This document shows positions 1 to 6,798 of a stretch of DNA of 56,686 bases, in pieces. The stretch is taken from the IMG/VR virus record IMGVR_UViG_3300031578_000043; one strand, 5' to 3'. The notes under the pieces are model-generated. The model searched no databases. It saw only the letters and a list, made by a program, of their open reading frames with translations, and had not been told where the DNA came from. The stretch comes from a virus. Every line of letters begins with the position of its first letter. Positions within the stretch are counted from its first letter, which is position 1. A program made the translations under genes and the position numbers.

Positions 1-63
1 CTTTTCCTGCTTCTCGGATTGTCCGGCTGCGCGACAGTCGATAGGCTTGGTACGCCGCAGAAT
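1..63. repeat. Terminal overlap, left copy (identical to 56624..56686); circular-assembly closure or terminal redundancy
   Basis: Read directly: bases 1-63 (cttttcctgcttctcgg...ccgcagaat) recur exactly as the last 63 bases of the window. Confidence 0.95.
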
Positions 64-321
64 TTCGCCAAGTGCGCGACGTTCGATGTGGCGACTACGA
101 CGATTGGGCTGGCGACGAACCGTATGCACGAAATCGACCCGCTCGCCAAGGCGTTGACCATTCACGGCATTGGACGCGTGGCCGGAATTGTCGCCCCAGT
201 AATTGGTCTGAGCATCGCCGCCTACTACGCGCTCAAGTGGCTCGACAAACCGGCAGTCACCGCGACGGCAGCGGCATTGACTTGCGCGAGCGCAGCGCGT
301 AATTTGTACCTGATACGGTGA
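1..321 (+). CDS. Lipoprotein, 3' portion of a junction-spanning gene (5' end at 56609..56686)
   Basis: Position 1 is in frame with ATG at 56609. The joined N-terminus MKTLILFLLLGLSGC has a lipobox (LSGC). Paralogous to ORF 23595..23945 (shared DVATTT, IAAY, W-D-P, AARN-Y motifs). Confidence 0.7.
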   Translation, partial: LFLLLGLSGCATVDRLGTPQNFAKCATFDVATTTIGLATNRMHEIDPLAKALTIHGIGRVAGIVAPVIGLSIAAYYALKWLDKPAVTATAAALTCASAARNLYLIR

Positions 322-341
322 CAAGAAAAAGGGAATGAATA

Positions 342-572
342 ATGTCTTCCTCGGAGGAATTTCAAGATGCCTCAACAGACTTTGGACCTCTTACTCAACG
401 ACAGGCGGAAAACCTCGCAGACTTCGTTGATAAGCGCAACAATGAACGCCTGTACGCGAAAATCGGACGCAGCTTGGTTAGTCGGGCTCTATACGCGATT
501 GGGGCGGGCCTGTGTGCGCTGGCTGTTGCGCTGAGCGGTTGGTTCCACATTAGCGTAGGACCGCCTAAATAA
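342..572 (+). CDS. Small membrane protein in lysis cassette (possible holin partner/antiholin)
   Basis: 76 aa with a single C-terminal hydrophobic segment (LYAIGAGLCALAVALSGWF), immediately upstream of the holin candidate. Confidence 0.45.
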   Translation: MSSSEEFQDASTDFGPLTQRQAENLADFVDKRNNERLYAKIGRSLVSRALYAIGAGLCALAVALSGWFHISVGPPK

Positions 573-583
573 AAGGTGAAAGC

Positions 584-1000
584 ATGGAATATATTCAACT
601 GCTGATTGCATATTTCGACTTCCCAACAGTCGTGTTGTCCTTCATGCTCATCGGCATCGCGTATGCAATGTCTCAGGCCCAAAAGAAAGATGGATTCGAT
701 TGGGGCGACGGATTCAGGGACGCGAACGGAAAGGTGAGTTACACCCATGCGGCTGTTCCGATCGCCCTAGCCCTTTCCTCGGCAGTACTTTTGTACGTCA
801 CCATCGACGGGGTGAAGGGAAGTCATACGGGGCCGGAAATCTCCCAAGTACTTAATGCCCTCCTGTATTGGTATATTGCCTACATGATCGTTTGGGCCGG
901 GACTAAGACGGTGGATAAACTCGTCGAATTGATCCAGACATATTTCACGGTCAAAGGCGGTGGAAGGCCGGAAGAAAAGCAGGGCGAGAAGCATGATTAA
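584..1000 (+). CDS. Putative holin (three hydrophobic segments)
   Basis: 138 aa with three TM-like stretches and a charged C-terminus. Its stop overlaps the endolysin start (ATGATTAA). Confidence 0.5.
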   Translation: MEYIQLLIAYFDFPTVVLSFMLIGIAYAMSQAQKKDGFDWGDGFRDANGKVSYTHAAVPIALALSSAVLLYVTIDGVKGSHTGPEISQVLNALLYWYIAYMIVWAGTKTVDKLVELIQTYFTVKGGGRPEEKQGEKHD

Positions 1001-1454
1001 GGGAAACCGAAAGGCATTTCTGGACATGATCGCATACAGCGAAATAGGCCCCGCGCTGCTCTCCGTTTCGGACAACGGCTATAATGTTCTGGTCGGATCA
1101 ACACCAGAGCATCCCTTGTTATTCGACAACTACAGTCAGCACCCGAGAATACACAATGACGCAGAGGATTCAGACGCCGCAGGCCGATATCAGTTCATGG
1201 GCCGATACTGGCTCACCTACAAGGCGCAGCTTTCGCTTCCTGACTTCGGCCCGGATTCACAGGATGAGTGGGCAATGCAGTTGATCCGCGAATGTCATGC
1301 GCTCGCCGCGATAGACGCAGGCGACTTGCAGACGGCAGTGCATTTGTGCCGAAGCCGATGGGCAAGTTTCCCTGAAGCTGGATACGGTCAGCATGAGCAA
1401 CAGTTTGCGGCATTGCAAGCCGCTTATACAGCAGCGGGCGGTACGCTCGCATAG
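993..1454 (+). CDS. Endolysin, lambda R-like lytic transglycosylase (GH104-type)
   Basis: MIKGNRKAFLDMIAYSEIG...AGRYQFMGRYW...FGPDSQDEWAMQLI...WASFPEAGYGQ is colinear with phage lambda R (NQRKAFLDMLAWSEGT...GAGRYQLLSRWW...WASLPGAGYGQ), including the catalytic Glu in the SE motif. Confidence 0.85.
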   Translation: MIKGNRKAFLDMIAYSEIGPALLSVSDNGYNVLVGSTPEHPLLFDNYSQHPRIHNDAEDSDAAGRYQFMGRYWLTYKAQLSLPDFGPDSQDEWAMQLIRECHALAAIDAGDLQTAVHLCRSRWASFPEAGYGQHEQQFAALQAAYTAAGGTLA

Positions 1455-1462
1455 GAGACAGA

Positions 1463-1651
1463 ATGGCAACGATCCGTGAAGAACTGCAGACCAAACTGAA
1501 TGAAATCACCGCCGCTTACGAGGCAGAAAAGGCCCCGATCGAGGCTGCCTTAAAATCCGGCGAAAGCTGGCTTGAACGCGAGTACGAGTCAGTCGTCTCG
1601 GAATTGGAGTCTCTGATCGCAAAGGTGCGCGGCACGCCGCCCGCGCCATGA
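1463..1651 (+). CDS. Hypothetical small coiled-coil protein
   Basis: 62-aa ORF with AGGAG-like RBS upstream and ATGA coupling to the next ORF. Confidence 0.5.
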   Translation: MATIREELQTKLNEITAAYEAEKAPIEAALKSGESWLEREYESVVSELESLIAKVRGTPPAP

Positions 1652-2013
1652 AAAATCGTCAACGTGGCGTCATCACTCTTTTGATGGCCGCTGCCCTAGC
1701 CAGCGCAGCGACCTATGTCCTTGTTCCCCGGAAATTCGATCCGGGGGAGTACGGCTACTATGTGGATCTGCGGGTAATGGCGCAGCACCTTGGCTGCCCA
1801 TTCGATCCTGCCGTGTACGCCGGAATGACTACCGAAACTGAACGGCTGCAGACCTGGGTCAAGTTCCGCGGTTCCAGCGATGCAAATACCGTCGCCAAGG
1901 CCGCAGGAAGCCTCCTAGACGACGCAAAGCGCGGGGACTGCCCAACGGCGGTCAAGAACCTCGAAGCAGGCTACGACCGCATCCTGACTACGCTGGCGAA
2001 GGGAAAACCATGA
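1648..2013 (+). CDS. Hypothetical protein with N-terminal signal-anchor
   Basis: 121 aa with N-terminal hydrophobic segment VITLLMAAALASAATYVLV. ATGA-coupled on both sides. Confidence 0.5.
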   Translation: MKNRQRGVITLLMAAALASAATYVLVPRKFDPGEYGYYVDLRVMAQHLGCPFDPAVYAGMTTETERLQTWVKFRGSSDANTVAKAAGSLLDDAKRGDCPTAVKNLEAGYDRILTTLAKGKP

Positions 2014-2246
2014 ACATCACCGATCTGACCGATAGCGCAGACCCGTTCATCGCGTACCTCGGCAAGCGAGCTCAAGCGGCAAAAGACGCCCACGACGCCG
2101 GGACCATGAGCGACGGCGACTACGAGGCTCAGATTACCCAACTTACCGACTTGGAGGCGCTTGGCGAGGCTTGCGGGAGCGAGGATACCAAACTGGCGCT
2201 TGCCGAGGCTGTAGGCTACCTGGCGCAGTTCCTGGCGGCAGCGTGA
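2010..2246 (+). CDS. Hypothetical acidic protein
   Basis: 78-aa ORF, ATGA overlap upstream and GTGA overlap downstream. Confidence 0.45.
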   Translation: MNITDLTDSADPFIAYLGKRAQAAKDAHDAGTMSDGDYEAQITQLTDLEALGEACGSEDTKLALAEAVGYLAQFLAAA

Positions 2247-2818
2247 GCCCACTTTCCATCTTCTCGGGGCCGTATGCGTTTCTGGCCCGGATGGGCGTTT
2301 TCTTCCTGACGCTGTTTATTGCCATAGCCTTCGGGTTCTATGAAGGCTGGAAGTGGGAGCGGCCGGCGGTGAAGGTCGCCCAGGACAAGCTGACCGCCTT
2401 TGCCGCCCAGATCAAGACCATCGGCGATGAGTCGGCCAAGACCGCCGCCGCGAAGGATTTAGCCAATCAACAATCGAAGGAGAAAGCTGATGCCGAACAC
2501 ACGAAGGATGTTGCCACTCTTGCTGCTAATTGGGCTGCTGAGTATGACCGGCTGCGCAAGTCAGCCGCAGCTAGTGCCAGTCGCGGTCCCGTGCCCAAAG
2601 TCGCCGTCAATTCCGGCCTGTCTTGCAGCGCCACCGCAAACGCAGCAATTTCTGCCGCAGTTTCAACAAGCATCGCAGGCGCTAGAGCAGCGCTTGACGA
2701 ATGCGAATCGGGTGCTCGACAGTTCCGAGACTCAGTTGCGCAGCAGCTTGAGCAAGCCGACAGGAACACAGAAGCCCTAGTCTGCGGCGTTAAATGGGCG
2801 CATAGTATAGGGCAATGA
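2243..2818 (+). CDS. i-spanin (Rz-like)
   Basis: N-terminal TM (GVFFLTLFIAIAFGFY) followed by a long charged/coiled region. Contains an embedded +1-frame lipoprotein ORF. Start is GTG 2243 (GTGA overlap) or ATG 2291. Confidence 0.7.
   Translation: MSPLSIFSGPYAFLARMGVFFLTLFIAIAFGFYEGWKWERPAVKVAQDKLTAFAAQIKTIGDESAKTAAAKDLANQQSKEKADAEHTKDVATLAANWAAEYDRLRKSAAASASRGPVPKVAVNSGLSCSATANAAISAAVSTSIAGARAALDECESGARQFRDSVAQQLEQADRNTEALVCGVKWAHSIGQ
2490..2780 (+). CDS. o-spanin (Rz1-like), fully embedded in the i-spanin gene
   Basis: MPNTRRMLPLLLLIGLLSMTGC has a lipobox, and the mature part is Pro-rich. It lies entirely within 2243..2818 in another frame, the classic embedded spanin architecture. Confidence 0.75.
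   Translation: MPNTRRMLPLLLLIGLLSMTGCASQPQLVPVAVPCPKSPSIPACLAAPPQTQQFLPQFQQASQALEQRLTNANRVLDSSETQLRSSLSKPTGTQKP
2753..2800 (+). repeat. 48-bp direct repeat, copy 1 (functional 3' end of spanin genes); partner at 3891..3938
   Basis: caagccgacaggaacacagaagcc is identical in both copies, and the remainder differs at a few positions. Confidence 0.9.
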
Positions 2819-3354
2819 AGATTTGCTCAGACTGTAAGCGCCCCCTGCTATTGGAAATGTTTAGCAGGAACGCACAATCACGTGACGGTCGCAAGAATCA
2901 ATGCCGACCGTGCGCCAAAATTGCTTATCAAAGATGGATCGCTATTAACAAAGAAGTTCGTAATGAAAGTGCGTCCAAATGGAGAAAAGCTAATTCAGGA
3001 AAGCAACGGTTATATGACAAAAAGTGGAAAGCAAATAATCCTGACAGCTTAAAAAAACAGAGGGCTAAATGGCAGTCTGAAAACAAGCCCCACTTGGCGG
3101 AAAGAACCGCGCGTTATCGAGCAAAAGTTAGAAACGCATCTCCAGCATGGTCAAATATATTCTTCATCAAGGAAGCCTATAGCCTAGCATCAATTCGGTC
3201 TCTAGCTACCGGCATTGAGTATGAAGTGGATCATATCGTACCGATAGTAAGCGGCTTGGTCTGCGGATTGCATGTAGAACATAACCTGCGCGTCATTGAA
3301 TCGAAGATCAATCAGGCCAAAGGGAACAGACATTGGCCCAATATGCCTCGCTGA
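2815..3354 (+). CDS. HNH homing-endonuclease-like protein
   Basis: N-terminal CxxC...CxxC, repeated KW-basic segments, and C-terminal EVDHIVPI...GLH...HNLRVIESKINQAKGN (HNH motif). Confidence 0.8.
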   Translation: MKICSDCKRPLLLEMFSRNAQSRDGRKNQCRPCAKIAYQRWIAINKEVRNESASKWRKANSGKQRLYDKKWKANNPDSLKKQRAKWQSENKPHLAERTARYRAKVRNASPAWSNIFFIKEAYSLASIRSLATGIEYEVDHIVPIVSGLVCGLHVEHNLRVIESKINQAKGNRHWPNMPR

Positions 3355-3423
3355 CAAAGGCAGCCCTAGACCTGAACGGGGCGAAGGAATGGGCAAGTAA
3401 GACATTGCGCTAAGCAAATGAAA

Positions 3424-3449
3424 AGCCCCCGAGTTGGGGGCTTAGTTTT
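3424..3449. terminator. Bidirectional rho-independent terminator
   Basis: AGCCCCC-gagtt-GGGGGCT hairpin flanked by aaaa upstream and tagtttt downstream, between convergent ORFs. Confidence 0.7.
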
Positions 3450-3470
3450 GTGCAGGCCGGAGCCGCAGGT

Positions 3471-3791
3471 TCAGGTATAAGAACTGTGGATCAGCGCAGT
3501 GCCCACACCGAGCCGCGCACCCCCGGACGCGGCGCTTGAGGGCGCGATCAGCGCGGAGCGGGCATTGCCGCCGGCGAGTTCAGGGCTTTTAACAAAGGTC
3601 ACTCTATCGGCCTGCGCCGTCGAGGGCGTACACAATCGCACGTCCATAGCGGGCATCGCGGGCATCGCGGGCATCGCGCTTTGGCTGACGGCCACGGTCT
3701 GATACTTCATAACCGTCCCCGTATCTGCCATTGCGGAAAGGCCAAACAAAGCGGCGAAGATCAACCCCGCCGCGAGCAGGAGATAACGCAT
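3471..3791 (-). CDS. Small secreted protein (moron) with AMP tripeptide repeat
   Basis: Start at ATG 3791 with AAGGAGG RBS. Signal peptide MRYLLLAAGLIFAALFGLSAMA. The 9-bp unit gcgggcatc is repeated three times and encodes (AMP)x3. Confidence 0.55.
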   Translation of the reverse strand: MRYLLLAAGLIFAALFGLSAMADTGTVMKYQTVAVSQSAMPAMPAMPAMDVRLCTPSTAQADRVTFVKSPELAGGNARSALIAPSSAASGGARLGVGTALIHSSYT

Positions 3792-3865
3792 TAAAACCTC
3801 CTTTCCTATTACCGGCAGACCGTACCGGCGCGGTTTCAAGTAGCTACTCGTTACCGAGCAATTTC

Positions 3866-3893
3866 ATTCTAAGCGATCACCGCTAAATGTCAA
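3866..3893 (-). promoter_or_regulatory. Sigma70-like promoter for the moron gene
   Basis: Minus strand reads TTGACA-N16-TAGAAT. Confidence 0.5.
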
Positions 3894-3956
3894 GCCGACA
3901 GGAACACAGAAGCCTTAGTTTGCGGGGTGAGTTGGGCGGCGCGGACATTGCATTAG
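3891..3956 (+). pseudogene. Orphan remnant of a spanin (Rz/Rz1) 3' end
   Basis: Translates in the Rz frame to QADRNTEALVCGVSWAARTLH*, compared with QADRNTEALVCGVKWAHSIGQ* for the functional copy. In the Rz1 frame it gives KPTGTQKP*, identical to the functional Rz1 end. No upstream ORF body. Confidence 0.7.
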
Positions 3957-3964
3957 AAACAGCG

Positions 3965-4213
3965 TTACTTTTTCGTTTCGTTCGTGTTTGAAATGCTGGC
4001 GAATCGCGGAATCAGAACCGCTTTGAGAATCGACAGCACCATGAATAGTCCGACGCAAGCCCAGAATCCTATGTTTTGATAGACGGGCGGTAGGAAGTAG
4101 AAGTACGTTTGGCCGATCCCGCAAACCGTCCATGTGATCCAAAAAGGGACGGCGAGACTTACGGAAAAGAAAAGGGATAAGAACCATCCTACTACCGGCA
4201 ACGCATTAAGCAT
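3965..4213 (-). CDS. Hypothetical integral membrane protein
   Basis: 82 aa with multiple hydrophobic segments. Last gene of the leftward operon. Confidence 0.5.
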   Translation of the reverse strand: MLNALPVVGWFLSLFFSVSLAVPFWITWTVCGIGQTYFYFLPPVYQNIGFWACVGLFMVLSILKAVLIPRFASISNTNETKK

Positions 4214-4224
4214 TTGACTCTCCT

Positions 4225-4677
4225 TTAGTTAGCAACGCACTGTGAGCGCCCGCGCGCATCGCGGACCCTAGATTCTTCGTTGATGCACGCCTTATGTCTA
4301 GCATGGCCGAAACCATCTAAACGAAGGTTCTCAACCGAGTCGTAGTGTTTGCAAATACTACATTTCCGCCAGTTTGCATTCCCGCATGCATCGAATGCGC
4401 GTGATCGTTGGTGCAGAATACGATGATAGTTCTCATCCTGACAAATCACGAGATCATTCGGATTAACTCGCCCTTGCTGCTCATCTACATGATGAACAAC
4501 TGACTTAACTGGAAGCGATCTACCTAGGGCGCGTTCCGCGATGATAATGTGTTCCAAAACATACCCGGACGAATCGGCCCTAGGGTGTTCTGGAATCAAT
4601 AAGGTGCGGTAGCCATTCTTTATTGACCGACCGCCGTTCCAATTTGGATTGCTCTGCGCTTTCTGTGATCGACTCAT
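4225..4677 (-). CDS. HNH endonuclease (HNH_3-like)
   Basis: GYVLEHIIIAERALGRSLPVKSVVHHVDEQ...NPNDLVICQDENYHRILH. Start at ATG 4677 with AAGGA RBS. Confidence 0.75.
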   Translation of the reverse strand: MSRSQKAQSNPNWNGGRSIKNGYRTLLIPEHPRADSSGYVLEHIIIAERALGRSLPVKSVVHHVDEQQGRVNPNDLVICQDENYHRILHQRSRAFDACGNANWRKCSICKHYDSVENLRLDGFGHARHKACINEESRVRDARGRSQCVAN

Positions 4678-4774
4678 CTTGATGTCCTTACTGACATATG
4701 GAGGGTTTGCCAGCTTTCGGGTGAGTAAGCACCTTCGACTTGCGCGCATGCCTGCGACTGACAAACCCATTCTA

Positions 4775-5038
4775 TCACCTTTCCGTCCCTAGTATCTCCC
4801 TTCCCCTGACCGCTATCCCCTGGTTACCTGTGCGCTCGGCTTCGTCGAACAAAGCGAGCAGGGCGGTGCGCTGGGCGGCGAGGGTGCGTTCGAGTTCTTC
4901 GTGCGATACCAGCATTTTGTCTGCAATTCGGCAGAAATTATCCAGCCATCCATCTTTCGGATATTCGGATATTCGGCTATGGGCAGCCATTACCAGTTCC
5001 GCTTTCAGCGCATCGGTTCTCGGCGTCGGCTCGCTCAT
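4775..5038 (-). CDS. Hypothetical protein
   Basis: 87-aa ORF, ATGA-coupled to the upstream gene. Confidence 0.5.
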   Translation of the reverse strand: MSEPTPRTDALKAELVMAAHSRISEYPKDGWLDNFCRIADKMLVSHEELERTLAAQRTALLALFDEAERTGNQGIAVRGREILGTER

Positions 5039-5460
5039 TTCCCGCTCCCCTCTCGAATAACATCTTTAACGAGTGCTTCTGCGGCTGCATATGCCTCGGC
5101 AATGCCTGTAATTCTGTCGTTGCCTGGATCCACATTTGTCTGGCGGTTATAGTATAGTTTTCGTTCCGTAAGGTCTCTCGCTAGACGCTCTAGTGCGCCG
5201 CGCTGTTCGTCGAGGGCGCGCCGGTAAGCATCGATCATCCTTGCGGCGTTCATCAGCAACGGATTTCCGGGATATTCAGCGTCTGCCTCTTTAAGCTGCC
5301 GAATAATGTCGTCGCATTTTGTCGGTAGCGACAAAGGGAACGGTTCGACCCAATGACCGCCGCCTGATCTATGCGGCGTAACTTGTCGCGGACTATCTTC
5401 ACAGTGACCTACAGCGTGAATCTTGTGACATAGCGGACAAATCCCTCTTGGTGGTTTCAT
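5035..5460 (-). CDS. Hypothetical protein with N-terminal Cys/His cluster
   Basis: CPLCHKIHAVGHC near the N-terminus. ATGA coupling at 5457-5460. Confidence 0.5.
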   Translation of the reverse strand: MKPPRGICPLCHKIHAVGHCEDSPRQVTPHRSGGGHWVEPFPLSLPTKCDDIIRQLKEADAEYPGNPLLMNAARMIDAYRRALDEQRGALERLARDLTERKLYYNRQTNVDPGNDRITGIAEAYAAAEALVKDVIREGSGK

Positions 5461-5654
5461 GCCCATAGTTGCCTTTGTGCGTCTTTTAATTGTGATATTG
5501 CAATAGATAAATTGTGACGCGCTGAAGAATCTTGCTTGTAACCTCTCTGTTTCAGAAGGTCGTCCACCACCGCAAGCACATTTAAGGCGTCGTATATTCT
5601 CTGGGATGGCGTTATTACCTCACAGCCTAAACTGCTTGGTGCGCAAATTAGCAT
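5457..5654 (-). CDS. Hypothetical protein
   Basis: 65-aa ORF in the operon, overlapping its neighbours by a few nt. Confidence 0.4.
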   Translation of the reverse strand: MLICAPSSLGCEVITPSQRIYDALNVLAVVDDLLKQRGYKQDSSARHNLSIAISQLKDAQRQLWA

Positions 5655-6382
5655 GACTCACTCCCTTCGCCCTTCAGGCGGCTGATTTCGGCGCTGATAG
5701 CTTGCCCTACTTTTGCTAGTTCCTTTCGAGCTGCTCTATGGTATACCGCTGAGTCGTCAGCACCGAACGCGTCCGCTTCTGACTCGCTTATATCGTTTGT
5801 GACCTCAGCGTCCTCTAGCATTTCTTGTGCTAACTCCAGTCCGAGCAATGGTGAAGATGCGCTGTTCACAGCATTAACAAATGTTTCAGCATCTTTTCTC
5901 CACTGTGGAATTGGATCACTTTCCGTCACCGCGCTTACCTCTGCCCCTCCAGCGATTCGCGCAACCAACCTTTTGCCAAGCCAAAGGGCGGCTCCGTGAG
6001 TAGGGTTGTGCGTTAGGGATGCGCGTTCCAGTCCGGGCAGGAGGGGAGAGGCAGGGGCGGCACGACCATCAACCGCTTTGACGTTGCAATGCACGCAGCG
6101 CCCTTCAAACCATTCGTGATTGCAGGTTCGTATAAGCCACGGCTGCTGCCCTGCCGCGGTTCGCTCTGGCGCGAGGGCGGCTTCCAGCTTGGCCTCAAGC
6201 TCTCGGATAGCGGCGGCAGCGTCAGCGAATACGCCTGGGCCGAATATCCGGCCAGCCGCTTCGTCCAGCCGCGCCAGCAGTTCGAGGTGGGCGGCGGCGA
6301 GGTTACGCACCTCCCTCGAAAAAAGAGGCGCGTTTGTGATTTCCTCTGCCACTTTTGCCGCAGCCTTGTAGTCAGCGCTCAT
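5648..6382 (-). CDS. Hypothetical protein
   Basis: 244-aa ORF with a CNHEW...CVHC motif. ATGA-coupled. Confidence 0.55.
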   Translation of the reverse strand: MSADYKAAAKVAEEITNAPLFSREVRNLAAAHLELLARLDEAAGRIFGPGVFADAAAAIRELEAKLEAALAPERTAAGQQPWLIRTCNHEWFEGRCVHCNVKAVDGRAAPASPLLPGLERASLTHNPTHGAALWLGKRLVARIAGGAEVSAVTESDPIPQWRKDAETFVNAVNSASSPLLGLELAQEMLEDAEVTNDISESEADAFGADDSAVYHRAARKELAKVGQAISAEISRLKGEGSESC

Positions 6383-6798
6383 CGTCCTTTCTCCTTATCT
6401 GCGTTCGGTCTGGCGGCGAGCATGGCGCGGTATATGCGAACCGAGCGACGCACACCATCAATAGAATATGCAGTCTCGTGATTTTCGTTTGCTTCAATCA
6501 TTGCCGCCAACATTTCCTCTGTTGGCTCCTCCGGCACGCTCACGCCGGGAGGGGCGGTGTAGAGTTTTGTCCCGTTTCTAAGGGGCGCGTAAAGGGTGGG
6601 CCTGCCCATCCACACTTCTCCAACCACCTCGCCCCGTTCCTTCTCCCACTCTGCGTGCAGGCGGCGGGAGAACTCGGCCAGCACCACAGGATCATTAAAG
6701 TCAATTCGCGCTACGTTCGGCAAACCTGAAAGCACCCCCTTAAAATATGCTTCTGTTTCGCCCCAAATCCTCAGCGCCACTTCATCCCACTTATCCAT
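6379..6798 (-). CDS. Hypothetical protein
   Basis: 139-aa ORF adjoining the exonuclease gene stop. Confidence 0.55.
   Translation of the reverse strand: MDKWDEVALRIWGETEAYFKGVLSGLPNVARIDFNDPVVLAEFSRRLHAEWEKERGEVVGEVWMGRPTLYAPLRNGTKLYTAPPGVSVPEEPTEEMLAAMIEANENHETAYSIDGVRRSVRIYRAMLAARPNADKEKGR

Larger units (their letters stand above)
2801..3890. mobile_element. Inserted cassette: HNH endonuclease gene, terminator, and oppositely oriented secreted-protein moron with its own promoter
   Basis: Bounded by the 48-bp repeat (2753..2800 / 3891..3938). The HNH ORF is visibly A/T- and Lys-rich compared with its flanks. Confidence 0.6.

Noticed and set aside
3499-3702. A 67-aa plus-strand ORF over the AMP-repeat region
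   Set aside because: It is antisense to the secreted-protein gene, which has a strong RBS, a signal peptide and a promoter.
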